Source of the DNA: Octopus sinensis
Taxonomy: Eukaryota
Direction: 5' to 3'
Length of the DNA stretch: 64,000 nucleotides
NCBI RefSeq assembly: GCF_006345805.1
Contig: NC_042997.1
Span: forward strand, 22,754,001 to 22,818,000
The notes below the pieces were generated by a model. It saw nothing but the letters and a program-made list of their open reading frames with translations, was not told the DNA's origin and did no database searches. The position numbers and the translations under genes are program-made. Below are positions 24,221 to 36,700 of this stretch, piece by piece; position 1 is the stretch's first letter; the number at the start of each line of letters is the position of its first letter.

Positions 24221-24299
24221 TACAGTAGTACCTCGGTTTACGAACGCGAATAAATCGTGCTTTTGGTCAGAGGTGTTCGAAAACCGAGATACTACTGTA
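24221..24299. mobile_element. 79-bp Tc1/pogo-type MITE with TA flanks
   Basis: TACAGTAGTACCTCGGTTTACGAAC ... GTTCGAAAACCGAGATACTACTGTA. Confidence 0.75.
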
Positions 24300-24659
24300 T
24301 TCCATATTATCTTTACAATCAAGTTATATATAGAAATATTGAAACGATAGGAAATTAAGGTTGCTTCGTCTTCAATGAAATTACTTGACTAAGTTTCAAA
24401 TCATATAAGGATATTCTGAAAAAAGAAAAAAAGCATTATTCGGAACAAATATCACCCATAATAAAATGAACTGGGATAAGATTAAATTTATAGTAGTTAA
24501 CAGAGGCAAAAACAAATGTTTTATAATTAAAACAACACATTTTGTTAACAGCGCTGTTATTCAGTCTTATGTCCAACCTGACAGACCCAGCAAATATAGG
24601 AAGGAAAATACGCTCGCAAAAAAACCTTTTCTATATGTCCAGTTTTTTTCAAGTGTGTA

Positions 24660-25200
24660 AGGTGTAGGCTTGCAGCTATTTCCAGCAGATCAAAAGACAG
24701 AAAGGTTCCCCGTTTTCTCGAGTCGTTTAGTCATAGGTCAACCAATCCTGATCGAACACACTTATGATTAAAGGCATTCCAGTCGTGATCAGCTTTTTCC
24801 TATGTGCAAGGAAAGCAGGACATATCCTAACCCAAGAAAGAGGGTTAGGATGTGATACGAGGGAAATTTGATTGCATTTTCTAGCAGATCGAACAACTGC
24901 ATATAAGCTACATCGCTGGTTCGAGTTCATTTGTGGGATATAGTTTTACTTAGCACCAGCTCAGTCCTAATCGAGATGGTCAAAGACATTCCAACCGTAG
25001 CCATTCCGTATTTTATATAACATTGTCCAATATATCCGATTTTATTTTTCAAACATTAGGGAGTTAGCTGCGAATGTCAGGTCATCTACGAGCCAAAGAG
25101 GAATCTTACGTGGTCGCTCAAACCACTAGAAATAGATGCTAATCTTTCCTCGATCACACCCCTAGCAGTTTAAAAAGGGAGAAAACATTAAACAATGCTT
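24660..25200 (+). repeat. Abundant multi-unit interspersed repeat, class unresolved
   Basis: Units CCTGATC...ATGATYAAAGRCATTCCAG ... GTGATWYGAGGGARATTTGRYTGC...TTTCTAGCAG. Related copies at ~20780-20970, 25270-25420, 27840-28100, 30960-31130, 34020-34220 and 49480-49660. Confidence 0.7.
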
Positions 25201-25990
25201 TATGGCTACTGCTGTGTTTGATAGTTGATTTTATTTTGCTTCTCCCCTCCCTCAAATCACAGTCTGAGAGATATCGAGCAATCTTTATTGACATTCTTCC
25301 GATGAATAAAAACGACAGGACCTGATCATAGATCAGATTGACCTGGTTAACCGGCTAGAAAGCGCAGCCGAATTTAGCTTAAATCACGCCCTACCGACCT
25401 CAGATACACCGAGAGATGGGATGATCAGAGGTGGAATGCTTTTATATTGATCTGCTTAAACAACAAATCGGCAATCGACGAATACCGAAAATTTGCCCAA
25501 ATAATTGTATTGCGAAACAGCGATAAACTGAAGAATTGATCACTTCATACATTTTTAAAATTATTATTTTTTTTTTTTTTTTTAATAAGGAAGGCTTAAC
25601 CGAAATTTAATTGATGTAAACAGCTTAAATTTCTAAAGCGGAAAATTCTGAAAAAATTTTTTTTTTGTAAAATTAAGAAATCTTGGTACAAAATTTCTTT
25701 AAAATAGCCGAGAAAATCCTTCATCAGAGAGGAAGCAGTTGGCTGCAATGGCGAGTGCAATGAGATTTTTCCTCCATGAGACGATTAATATATCGCCATT
25801 ACTAACAACACAAGCATTGTTATGTCCATATTTATTAGATTACATATCATTCATTAATCTCAAAATAAAAAAGTGATTATATATATATACATATATATAT
25901 ATACAATTGCAGCGTGGAAGGTGTTTATAAGCCATTTAAAGAAACACACAAAAGCCGTTCGATCGATTCACTTCAACATTTAAGTTTTAA

Positions 25991-26040
25991 TTTGTCAAAA
26001 TATTTTCGTCGCTAAAATCCGCGACCTGTTCACTGACAAA
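25991..26040 (-). ncRNA. Minimal type-I hammerhead-like fold (G3-C8 variant) in a Penelope-like LTR fragment (~25872-26048)
   Basis: UUUGUCA-GUGAACA-G-GUCGC[GGAUUUUA]GCGAC-GAAAA[UA]UUU-UGACAAA: 7-bp stem I, 5-bp stem II, palindromic AAAUAUUU in place of stem III. Confidence 0.55.
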
Positions 26041-26048
26041 AATCCGTG

Positions 26049-26092
<44 letters not shown>

Positions 26093-26514
26093 CACCACAC
26101 ATACAAACACACGTGTGTGTGCGTGTGTGCGCGTTTGCATGTGTGTTTTTGTTTTAATGGCCATCTTTCATGACATAAGTTCCCTTGAACAAGTACCACT
26201 CCGAAGGCCAATAGCTATTTCATAAATAGGGCAAAAGACTGCTCTTTCGAAATTCTGAAAAGCTTAATGCCTAAGCAGTAAGCTAATTAAATTTTATATT
26301 TCCCAAGCAGTAAAAACATACAGTTTTTAAACATAATAACTTGCTGAAATTTACATAACAAACAAAAAGCAAGTGGAAGGAAATATAAAGAAATCAGATC
26401 CTCACGAAACGATTTTTTTCTCTCCTTCCCCCTTTTTTTTTGTGTGTGTTTTCAAAGTTTAACCGATTAAAAATAACGTCAAATATACGATTTATGAAAG
26501 TAGAAACTACTTAC

Positions 26515-26650
26515 TGTTATCGTAGACGGACACGATAATTCCAGAGCGTGTTTTATCTAATAAATTATTGAGGTTTTTTTCACCATATAATAAAGATTTC
26601 TGAAATATTCAAAACGACGACTAAAATGAACAAACAATATGGCTAAGAGA
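26515..26650 (-). other. Probable non-coding first exon of the NKRF-like gene (5' boundary unknown)
   Basis: Strong donor ACA|gtaagt at 26515/26514, CpG-containing, adjacent to the NHE8 promoter; no long open frame. Confidence 0.45.
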
Positions 26651-26724
26651 CATGTAGCCTCATTTTGGGGTCGAGGCAGATGAATGACGTCATTGCCAGC
26701 CAATGGTTCAGCTGTGTCGGAAGT
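26636..26724. promoter_or_regulatory. Bidirectional promoter core
   Basis: 12-bp palindrome AATGACGTCATT (CRE TGACGTCA at 26685-26692), CCAAT at 26700-26704, ETS-like TCGGAAGT at 26717-26724, YY1-like AATATGGC at 26636-26643. Confidence 0.55.
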
Positions 26725-26741
26725 TTCTTGTAATGGTGAAC

Positions 26742-26968
26742 ATGGCACGGCACTCACTTTTCACCATTGGATTAATAATGTGTGTATTTGTCGCTCAATG
26801 TCATTGCTATTCGCAAAGAAATGAAAACCAGATAAATAATAAAAACCGTTACATTCATCGTAAAAGTATTTCTGATGTTTTTGTAAGATATCTTAGAGGT
26901 TATAGTGTTAAAGATGATGATGGAGGTACTTTAGATAAAAACAATCAGACTACCATAAAAAATATTAG
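26742..26968 (+). CDS. SLC9A8: NHE8 exon 1 (signal peptide and luminal extension)
   Basis: aacATGG; [22 protein letters not shown]...; donor AG|gtgagt, phase 2. Confidence 0.8.
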
Positions 26969-29900
26969 GTGAGTAAAGTTTCGACATTCAAATATAGTTA
27001 TAAACCTATGTTTATCTAATTATGAAATGTGTAAGTCTATGAAAGTGGGGGTTTAGAAAATGACAAAAATTTATATATAAGATTATATTTATTAAAAATT
27101 AAAAAAGCCTAAGGTCTTGCTTGATTTATGAAAAAAAGAACCACGAATAAGTATAAAACAATTAGGAAATATATTTCTTTATTAACATTTCCAATTTCTT
27201 AAGTTTTGATTTAACATATTTGATATTCGTTATTTTTTTTAAATGAAATATAATATTGCATGTTTTGTAAATATCTTGCCTCAATTTAATTTGTTTACAA
27301 TGTATAAAAATGTCGAAATACAATTGAAGTGAACTGATTGATTTAATTACATAATAAATCGGTTTAAATTTAAACTCATTGATTTTATTGTACTGCCAAA
27401 CCCTTAGCCATTATGTGTGTACATATACATACACACATATATATATGTATATGTATGTATGTATACACACATAATGGCTAAGGGTTTGGCAGTACAATAT
27501 ATATATATATATATTTTTTTTTTACAGCAATGTTGTTAAGTTGTCAAAATTCCATGGGGGTGTAAAAAAAGTAACAAGTGCCTTCTTGGCATGAAATGAA
27601 ACATGTTACATAAACCGTAGCTTTTACAAAGAAAAACGTTCGCAAACGAATGAAATGTTTTTGGGGGTTGTTATTTTTCTTCTAAATAGCATTATGTCTA
27701 ATACAATGATAATATAGTGAATTATTTTTATTGATATTTATTGTATACGTTTTTGTTTCAATATTAGCTTATGTCGAACAAGGCCTCAAAACCACTTATT
27801 ATTTTAAATTTGTTATTTGACATAATCTTTTTTTGTTTACTTAACGAACAGATTCCGATCCAAGCCAAGTAGAGAAACTCTTTATGTTAGTCGCTCGACC
27901 TGCAGAAAAAAAAATGCAATTCTGCTTCAAATATACATCTTACTGTCTTAAAAAGAAGAGGTGGGGACGTCGTTAATAATTTGATTGTAAATACTCCATG
28001 TCTGAAATGAAAGACAGAGTGGTCATGACTAGAATACATTTAATGATCGATTTCTTGTGTCAGGGAATGCCATGAGGCTGATCTACAACATCAAATCGAC
28101 AATTTTAATATTCCTTATTCATAGTGCAGTGGTGTCATTTATTAAAATCAAAAATATAGACTGTGTATTTTGAGATTCTTCAAATATCTAGCAATTCATT
28201 GTACTGGTTTTATTGTATAGAAAGCAATTAGAGGGAGAGAAAAAGGATTTGATTTCATATCTTATTTTAATATTGAACTTTTAACACCTGTAATAAATGT
28301 AAGCAGCAAACGTTATAACTTCGTTAATGTTGCGAAATTTTAATTAAACTGAATACTGCTGTCTGGGTCCAGTTGACCTAATTTTAAAACTAACCTATGA
28401 TTTCGTTTTTCCTAAGTTGTGAAGCTAATTGGGGCATAGTTTGTTTGTTGAAATATAAAAATTTCTTTCGTTGGTTATTTGCGACAAAATTTATAAGTTA
28501 CAGCACTGTGCGTCCTTTGGACACTTTAAAATTGAATCAGTTTTTATTATATTATTGTAACCAGTTGTGTACTTTTAATATTTCATTTAATCAGATGTAT
28601 TTGTATTGTTTGTTGGATCTTAACCTCTGGTTATATTTATTAAATTTATGTTTCATCTTGTTTATTATTGAATTCATACTGTCTTCTTAACGGAACATAC
28701 ACATTGCTTAATCTTTTCTACTATGCACAACGTCTGAAATTTGGGACAGGCACCTAGTTGATTATATCGACTCCGAAAAGGCCAAGTCGACCTCGGTGGA
28801 ATTTGAACTCAAAACATGAAATGACGCTTGGCGTTTTGCCCAGCGTGCAAAGTACTTTTATTATCATCATTATCAGTTCATCCGCCTGTTCTTCCGTGCT
28901 GAGAGAAACCCTTCTTCATGAGTCTGTTTTCTTTGATCTTCTACACCTTCTGCATACGAACTTAAAGCACTTTCTTAACTAAGAGGCTACTTGAAAGCCG
29001 CCTCTTCTGCATACATCTGTGGAGCCACTTTCTCTTTTCCCTGGCCTTTAACCTTACACTAAAGTTGACATAGCTAATTAAATGGACTTGCTCAACTAAT
29101 TTCTCTCAAGTTTCTACATTTCTAGTATGCTTGGAACTTTTACTGCAGCTCTTTGATATGTTCTGCAATGAGAACAGATCGCCAGCTTTGAAATTTTCCA
29201 AGGACATTCAATACTGAACTTCCTTATTATATCTTCAAGAATTATAATGAATAGCATTGGATTGAACAGAGGTTTAGGAAACATCTTGACTGAATTTGTT
29301 AATAATATCTCGGCCTTGCATCCATCTCTTTATTTGCCTCCATTCCTTTCCTTCGTTGCTTTTATAATCATGTTTGAAATAACCTCCGTAACTGATTCCG
29401 CTGCTTATTACAAGTTTTCATGGCAACATTTCTAAGGACATACGCTGCTTACATGATTCAATTAAAATTTTAAAATAATCAAGAATTTGGACAAATTTTG
29501 GTAAACATTTAATCAACCACATTAATGCTTAGAACCCAACGGAAAAGAAAATGGACGATTTTAATTGAAATATGAAAAGGCTTTTTTTTTTATCACATAG
29601 GAACCAGAGGTGCCCTTAAAACGGGTCGTCGTTATTAAAAAGATTAACTTAGATTTTACTATCTTGTTCATTTCTTATTTAACAACACTTGAACGTACAT
29701 ATTTATGCCTTTTCATTTTACTTAGCTGAAAGTTCTGTCAGTGTTGTTTCTGACACACTCTTCCCAATTTGCTTCCTTATTCGTGCAAACTGCGTTTCAG
29801 TTTAGAAACATTTAGGAATGATGTTTGTTAGCTTAAATCATTGGCATATACACATTTATCTTTCAAATAATAATCTCCCATTTGCTTCTGTTAATTTAGA

Positions 29901-32900
29901 GACCGATTTTGTCTGTCATTCATGGAATTAAAATATAGCTAAGAAAAGTAATAAAACTCATTTAGTGTTGGTATCATCACATCAAAATATTTGCATCTTT
30001 TTGCTTACAGCATAGAGAACCTTATTGAATCCCTTACTTTCTACTTATTTTTAATAATATAAATTTCTTACTCTTCCCACTTCGTTTTCAATCATCCTGT
30101 GTTTAGCCCATTTAATACCATCCAATCAGCTATGCTAATTTAACATGAGGTTGATCTGAGACTGAAGGCAATATAGTCTTAGCATTTATAGTTGAATTTG
30201 TAATTACAATGACAAATCAGACCAAATGTATGAATCTGAATGCTGGCACATGATAAAGGAGGCATGTGTAAAATCATTGCTTTCTATAAAGGACGCCAGT
30301 GGAGAATCTTACACATCTTTTTATCTCTGCAAACCTTCAAATGAAGAAAGTGCATGACTGCAACAGTGTGATCCTTGAAATAAAATGTCAGTGTCTCAGA
30401 TGCATTTAAAATGGACCAGGATAGGGTACCAAAATTAGCAATACGATTAACATCACATAGGAAATAAACCCTTGGACTGCCAAAGGACACTTGGTACAGA
30501 ATAGGTGAAAGCAAGTTGGAAGAAATGGATCTTTTGGATGGTACACTAAGAGAACCATCCGAGCATGATCGTTGCCAGAGTGGCTAACTGGCATCCATGC
30601 CAGTGGTATGTAAAAAGCACCATTCGAGTGTGATTGTTACCAGCGTCGACTTACTGGCTCCTGTGCAGGTGGCATGTAAAAAAACACCACTTGGGCGTGG
30701 CCGTTGCCAGTACCGCCTGACTGGCCCTTGTGCCGGTGGCATGTAAAAGCATCCACTATACTCTCGGAGTGGTTGGCGTTAGGAAGGGCATCCAGCTGTA
30801 GAAACTCTGCCAGATCAAGATTGGAGCCTGGTGCAACCAGTCTTCGGTCAAATCGTCCAGTCCATGCTAGCATGGAAAGCGGACGTTAAACGATGATGAT
30901 GATGATGATTCCAATAAATGTTATAGATTTAGAATCCCCTTTTTTGAACACAATTTTTCTGGAATTAAAACCTAAGAGCCTCTTTGCAGTTGTTCAACCT
31001 GCAAAATAGGAGCCAAATTTCTTTTAGGCCACACCCTTACATTTCAAAAGGAGCAGAACACCTGGGATAATGTGGTTCTGGATGCAATTTGTGTTGATCT
31101 GAGACTAAATAACAAGCAGCCAGATAGCTTATGATTTCAAAATTAAGAATGTACAAAATAGAAAAGAATTGCTGCAAGAGTGGAATCATCAGAGGAAGAG
31201 GATTGATACGGAAGCAAACACTGTTTACATGCTATAGGCAAAAGAGAAGTGGTTGTACCAAAATGTATACAGTATCTTTATGGAGGAAATTATGTAAAAC
31301 AGCCAATTGGTAGCCAGGGAGAACACTTATCCTTTAAATATTGTGTTGTCAGTCTAATGTTCTTGAGTACCTAAGTTATTACTGCATCCCTTTAGTATTT
31401 TTACTGTTATTCCCTTCATCTAGATCCTCTGAAGTCATTGTGTTTGGTTGAAATAAAACCTTTTCCGATAAAGAGAAGTGTTTTAATTTCCATTTTGCTG
31501 TAACAACTCTCAAAAGGGCTTAATCCGCCTTACTATGAATATCTACCAAGTTCAAATGCTTTTGGAGGAGGAAAAAATTGAATTTCAGAAGTCAATGGGA
31601 AACCATCTGTTTTATGTGTTCAGAAACCATGTGGCTTTATAGTTCTGTCCATCCATTTGTATATTTGCATGGTCAGGAATATTTTTGTTTTTATTATACT
31701 CTAGTCTCACTATCTCTCTGGTTTGTTATATTCACCTGACTACTAACTGCCTGCCTTATGCCTTTTCCTTCATGCATATATTATAAATACTATAGCAAGG
31801 TGTCACCTAAGATCCAACATTAAATTCCAGCTTTCAATACATACTTTGGGAACATGGAATATATTTGCATTGCATATATGGCTGAAGAAGATATAATCAT
31901 TGGTAAACAACTGAGAAAATTTTACAGGTTACAGTTTCATCAAAATTTTATTAATGTAGGAATAAATATAGGCAATATGTAATTCAGGAAACTCTTATGC
32001 ACAGAAAATAAAAGATTACACAGATGGATTGGTGAAACTGCCAGACAGATGGGCAAGATGCCAAGCTGTATCAACCCAAGTTAACAACTTTTCTCTTATA
32101 TAAGCATCAAGAATGCATGTAAGGAGGGAAGATTTGTACGCATGATCAACTTTGATAGAAACCCTATTTACAGGTGAACATAGTGTTATGCATTGAGAAA
32201 TCAATCAAGGAAGTAGTATAGTTATTACATGTGAAGAATTTTTATAGGTTTATCTTTGGTCTTAAAACATGAAACAAAAGTTTGACTTCAGTTAGAATTC
32301 TATTAACTCTTTGTCTGTCCAAAGCATTTTCATAAGTTTGTCCAAAACAGCCATGCTTGTTTTCAGACTTTTAGTTAGCCTTTGTTTTATACATTTTGAA
32401 TAATATAAAATTTTTCCTTTTATAAGTCATAAGTTACTCGGATAGTTGAAAAAAGTTTCATTTGCAATGGATATCTTACTTTTGTATTTAAAATCATTCT
32501 GACACTTAATATAAGGTAAAATAAATTTATGAGTATCATCATCATATAATCATATATCCATTTTTCATGCTGGTATCTGTTTGCTAGGATGTCACAATCA
32601 CAAACATTTCATTTGGGAAACTACTGTTCTCATAGATTGGTACACATACCTGGCAATTTGGTTTGGTTTCTATGGCTGGATGCTATTGCCTATTAGCAAC
32701 CACTTTACAGAGTGTACTTGAGTGCATTTTCTTATGGTACCAGAAATGATAAGTCATCAAATAGACAGGACTTAAAGAACCTCACAACTCTAGGCCTTCT
32801 CATTTGCTTCTTTACCACTTTAAGTGCATACAGAATGAGTTTTTCATGGTAGGAATGTTGTCAAATTCTCAGTAAAACAGGATTAAAATATATATATATA

Positions 32901-33680
32901 ATGGACATGAAATTATGATGATGACATGTATGTTTGTTTTCATGTTCAGTTATAATAAAAACAATTTTACATTTATCAGATGGGTTACAATTTCACTGTT
33001 CTTTAGCAAAAATATCATTGACGGTGACTCCAAAAAATTTCTAATGCAAGTACAATGCCCTTGAATTTGTGTGGTGGGGTTAAATTAATTTGATCTTGGT
33101 ACTTGATTGGTACTGATCTCAGAAGCTTTGAACCAAAAGAAAATGCCCTAATGTTTTTTCTAATCCACTGCCCTATATATAAGGATTATATTAACAATTA
33201 TATATTTTAATTCAAGTAAATAATCAAGTAAAACTAGTATTTGTTACTTCATAGAACGTACCAGAGTTAGAACTTGATTTTCATGTCATGGAATGTTTGA
33301 GATAATTTTCCCCTACAATCACTAAGTCAAATATGCACATACAGATATATATATGTAAATGGGAGTGGCTGTGTGGGAAGAAGTTTGCTTCCCACACCAT
33401 GGTTCCAGGTTGAGTCCCACTGTGTGGCTCCTTGAACAAGTGTCTTCTATACTCCTAGGCCAACCAAGCATTGTGAGTGGAATTCGTACACAGAAACTGA
33501 AAGCAGTCCAGTCTGTATATACACACAAGTGAGTGGATAAATGAAAGGGTACTCAACACATTTATTGGGAGTTACATGTATGAATCAAAACAGTTTGATT
33601 CAAATTCCATGCTACTTAGGATAAGCTTCATGAGCTTTGAAACTTTAAGTATTACAGGATTTGAATCAAACTGTTTTGAG

Positions 33681-33722
<42 letters not shown>

Positions 33723-36700
33723 ATATATGTATGTATTATTCTGTAACAAAAATAGTATTGACAGTGACTTCGAAGTTTTGGCCAGACTGTTATGCATTTG
33801 AGTTAATCTTGACTTTATATAGCCGGGTAGGTAAAATTCTGTTGAATGGTAATTAGGTCGTTATGGAGAAATATTTTCCTCCTTAAATTTAGGGCTATGT
33901 TATTGTTCAGAATTTATTTATGCTTGCAGAACTTTGTAAACAGGTTGTTAGGTGTGTCAGCTCCAGGTCATGGGATTGTTTTTTGGGGTTTCACAAAAGA
34001 ATGTAGGTAATGTTATTTAGGCTCCAAGTCAACTCTGATCAAATAGATGTATGATCAAGGATATTCTAACTATGCTCATCCAGTTTCTTTTTCAAATATA
34101 GTTTATCTCAGACTAGATTATTCAATATGTCCTTTTTTTCTTTAAGATGGTAGTGTAATTTGAGAGAATCTATCAGTTACTTCTAGTATGTTAAACAACT
34201 TCATAGATGCTCTCTTATTGGTTCATTGTCTTTTGCTTTGAGGTATCCATTTCAGCTAGAGACTATTTAACCTGCTTGTATCTAGACCAGACCTCTTTTA
34301 TGCACTTTCTATCAATGTAAAGCCAATGTATGTCTACTTTGGAATAATGAACTCTTTGCACTATGGTTAACTCCCTGTTTCTTCTATCAAATTGTTGAAT
34401 CTTACTCAATTTTTAGTTGGGTTTTTTTTATTGAACTGTACAACTAGAGTAGCAGTTGTATTGATAGCTTTGAACTTGCATTAAACTTAGTGCCTAGAAC
34501 TTTTTGGATTCTCTAATGAAATTCTTTTCTGATAAGTTTCTACTCCTTGGTGTTCTAGTTAGTCCTTCTCCAGTACACCTAGGTATACATAAACACCATG
34601 GCATTCAAGTTCCTATATTTCTTGTGATAATTGCTGCCTAGCTTACTATACTGTAGCTAATGCTCACCAATTATGGGGCGGGATCTAACATATTTGCCCA
34701 CACCAAATGATATCTCTAGTTTAATGTTTCTGTTTCAGTGGCTGTGCTTTATATTAATGCATGTCATCCATGTACAGTATGTGGCCAATTCACAGTTTTG
34801 TTTTCAATTTCTAATAGATGGTACAGTTGAAATCTAACTTTAAGGAGCTAGGGATAAACAGAATAGGTGATAATGAATCCTTTTGGAATAAACCAGTTAA
34901 TAAATTTAACAGTTCTAAAGATTTCAGTGAACAGACAGTCACTGTTGCATTTCTGTTGTAAAATTTTTATCATTAAAGTCTATGGGGTATTGGTCTGCTA
35001 ACTCTTTCATTTCTTTAAATCAAAATTTTTAACTAACTACTTAATAGCATTCAAACGTACAGTCAATCCTGGAACCTCAACCCTTTCGTTACTGTATTTA
35101 TTTTGAGATGCTCTGTGTTTCTCTCAATTATTTTAAATATAACAAAGAATTTAGTAAAATAACTCAGTTATCATTAAGCTAGTGTTAGGAACATTAATTA
35201 TGACTAAGCTTTGGTAGAAGATTTTAATTAAAAACTTATGAAAACAAGACATTTGTACTGCAGAGCCAGAGCCGGTTTCAGCCGGGTTGGTAACGAAAGG
35301 GTTAATCAAAACACAGTTTTTCTGTGCCAGTGATTTTGGCCAAGTTGGCATCGAGTATTCTGTTATTTTGCACCCTTCTCTTTTGACCCATGCTTCCACT
35401 ACCATAGAAAAGTTTGATTTCTACCTCAAGACTTGATGCCATTTTCAATTTATTTCAGATGTTTTTTCTGTTGGTTCATAATATTTGGATCAAAGTATTT
35501 TATGTAACTCATTTTTATTATCAATTCTTTGCTCAACCTACTTTATAATTTCCATAAAAATTTAAAACATTGTTGTGAGGTCACTCTTTTTAGCTATTCT
35601 TAAGTTTTTGCATTTCAAATCATATTCAAACCTTTCTTCTCAAAGTCTTCAGATAGTTTGCTAAGCTTGAAAAGCTACATTTAGGGACATGAAATCCAAG
35701 ATAATATTGGGAAAATAAAATGAATATCAAGTCTACTGATTTTATCTTGAAGCATATCATTTAGAATATGTACCATGTAAGTCTTCCTATTGCTGCAGAA
35801 TTGTTTCTATACATTTTTGGTAGAATCTATTTCCATCTTTTATTACTGAGCAAACTTTCTTGTAACATTTTGATGAAAGACACTAATGCTAAGCTAGTTT
35901 GCAATATCTGATATCATACAAAGTTATTTAGAAGGTAAGCAAACAAACACCTTTTAGCTACATCTTCAAATCACTGTATTATATTGCCCACTAACATTAT
36001 TTGGTTCCTTTGTCCCAATGCAGTTACATAAATGTTGTTGTTAAAAAAATTTAGTTGCATTATAAAGATTGTTCTACAGTTATTGATACCATGGGAATTA
36101 TCCCTAAAACAGATATTTGCACTCTCTGATGCTTATAAGAAAACTACTTGACAAGCATATTCATTTTGTAATGTTGATTGAGCAATACCTCAAGTTTTAT
36201 TAGTTATCAACAAATTCCTTATCAAAACCTTGTTGGTAGACTTAATCCTTTGCCCAGTTTAACACTACTACATGCAGCTTGGGTACTTACAGAGGAGTAC
36301 ATTCTGTTGCAGTCATTCAAGTCATGTCTTTAGTCTGACAATATCTTACTCTCCTCCTTCTCACCAGTCCTAAAGGCCCTGTAAAGCATCATGGGCATTG
36401 CCTTCTCTCTTGACTGTAAGATTTTTTTAAAATCAGAGCAATAATATTCTTGATTAGACTCATGCATTTGTTTGATATATCATAATCTTTTCAAGTACAC
36501 CGAATTACTGTCATCATCATCATTTAATGTCTTTTTTCCATACTGACATGGGTTGGACAGTTTGACCAGAGCTGGCAAGCTGGAGAGCTGCACCAGGTTC
36601 CAGTCTGATTTGGTATGGTTTCTATGACTGGATGCCTTCCTAACACCACCCACTTTAGAGTCTGTGCTTGGTGCTTTTAACATGACACCACATGAGTACT

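Noticed and set aside
25690-25735. CTGATGA...GAAA on the minus strand
   Set aside because: Stem II and stem I do not pair in this copy; at most a decayed motif.
26703-26741. Earlier in-frame starts for NHE8
   Set aside because: 26703 overlaps the CCAAT/ETS promoter motifs; 26742 has the better Kozak context and gives a cleaner signal peptide. Not fully excluded.
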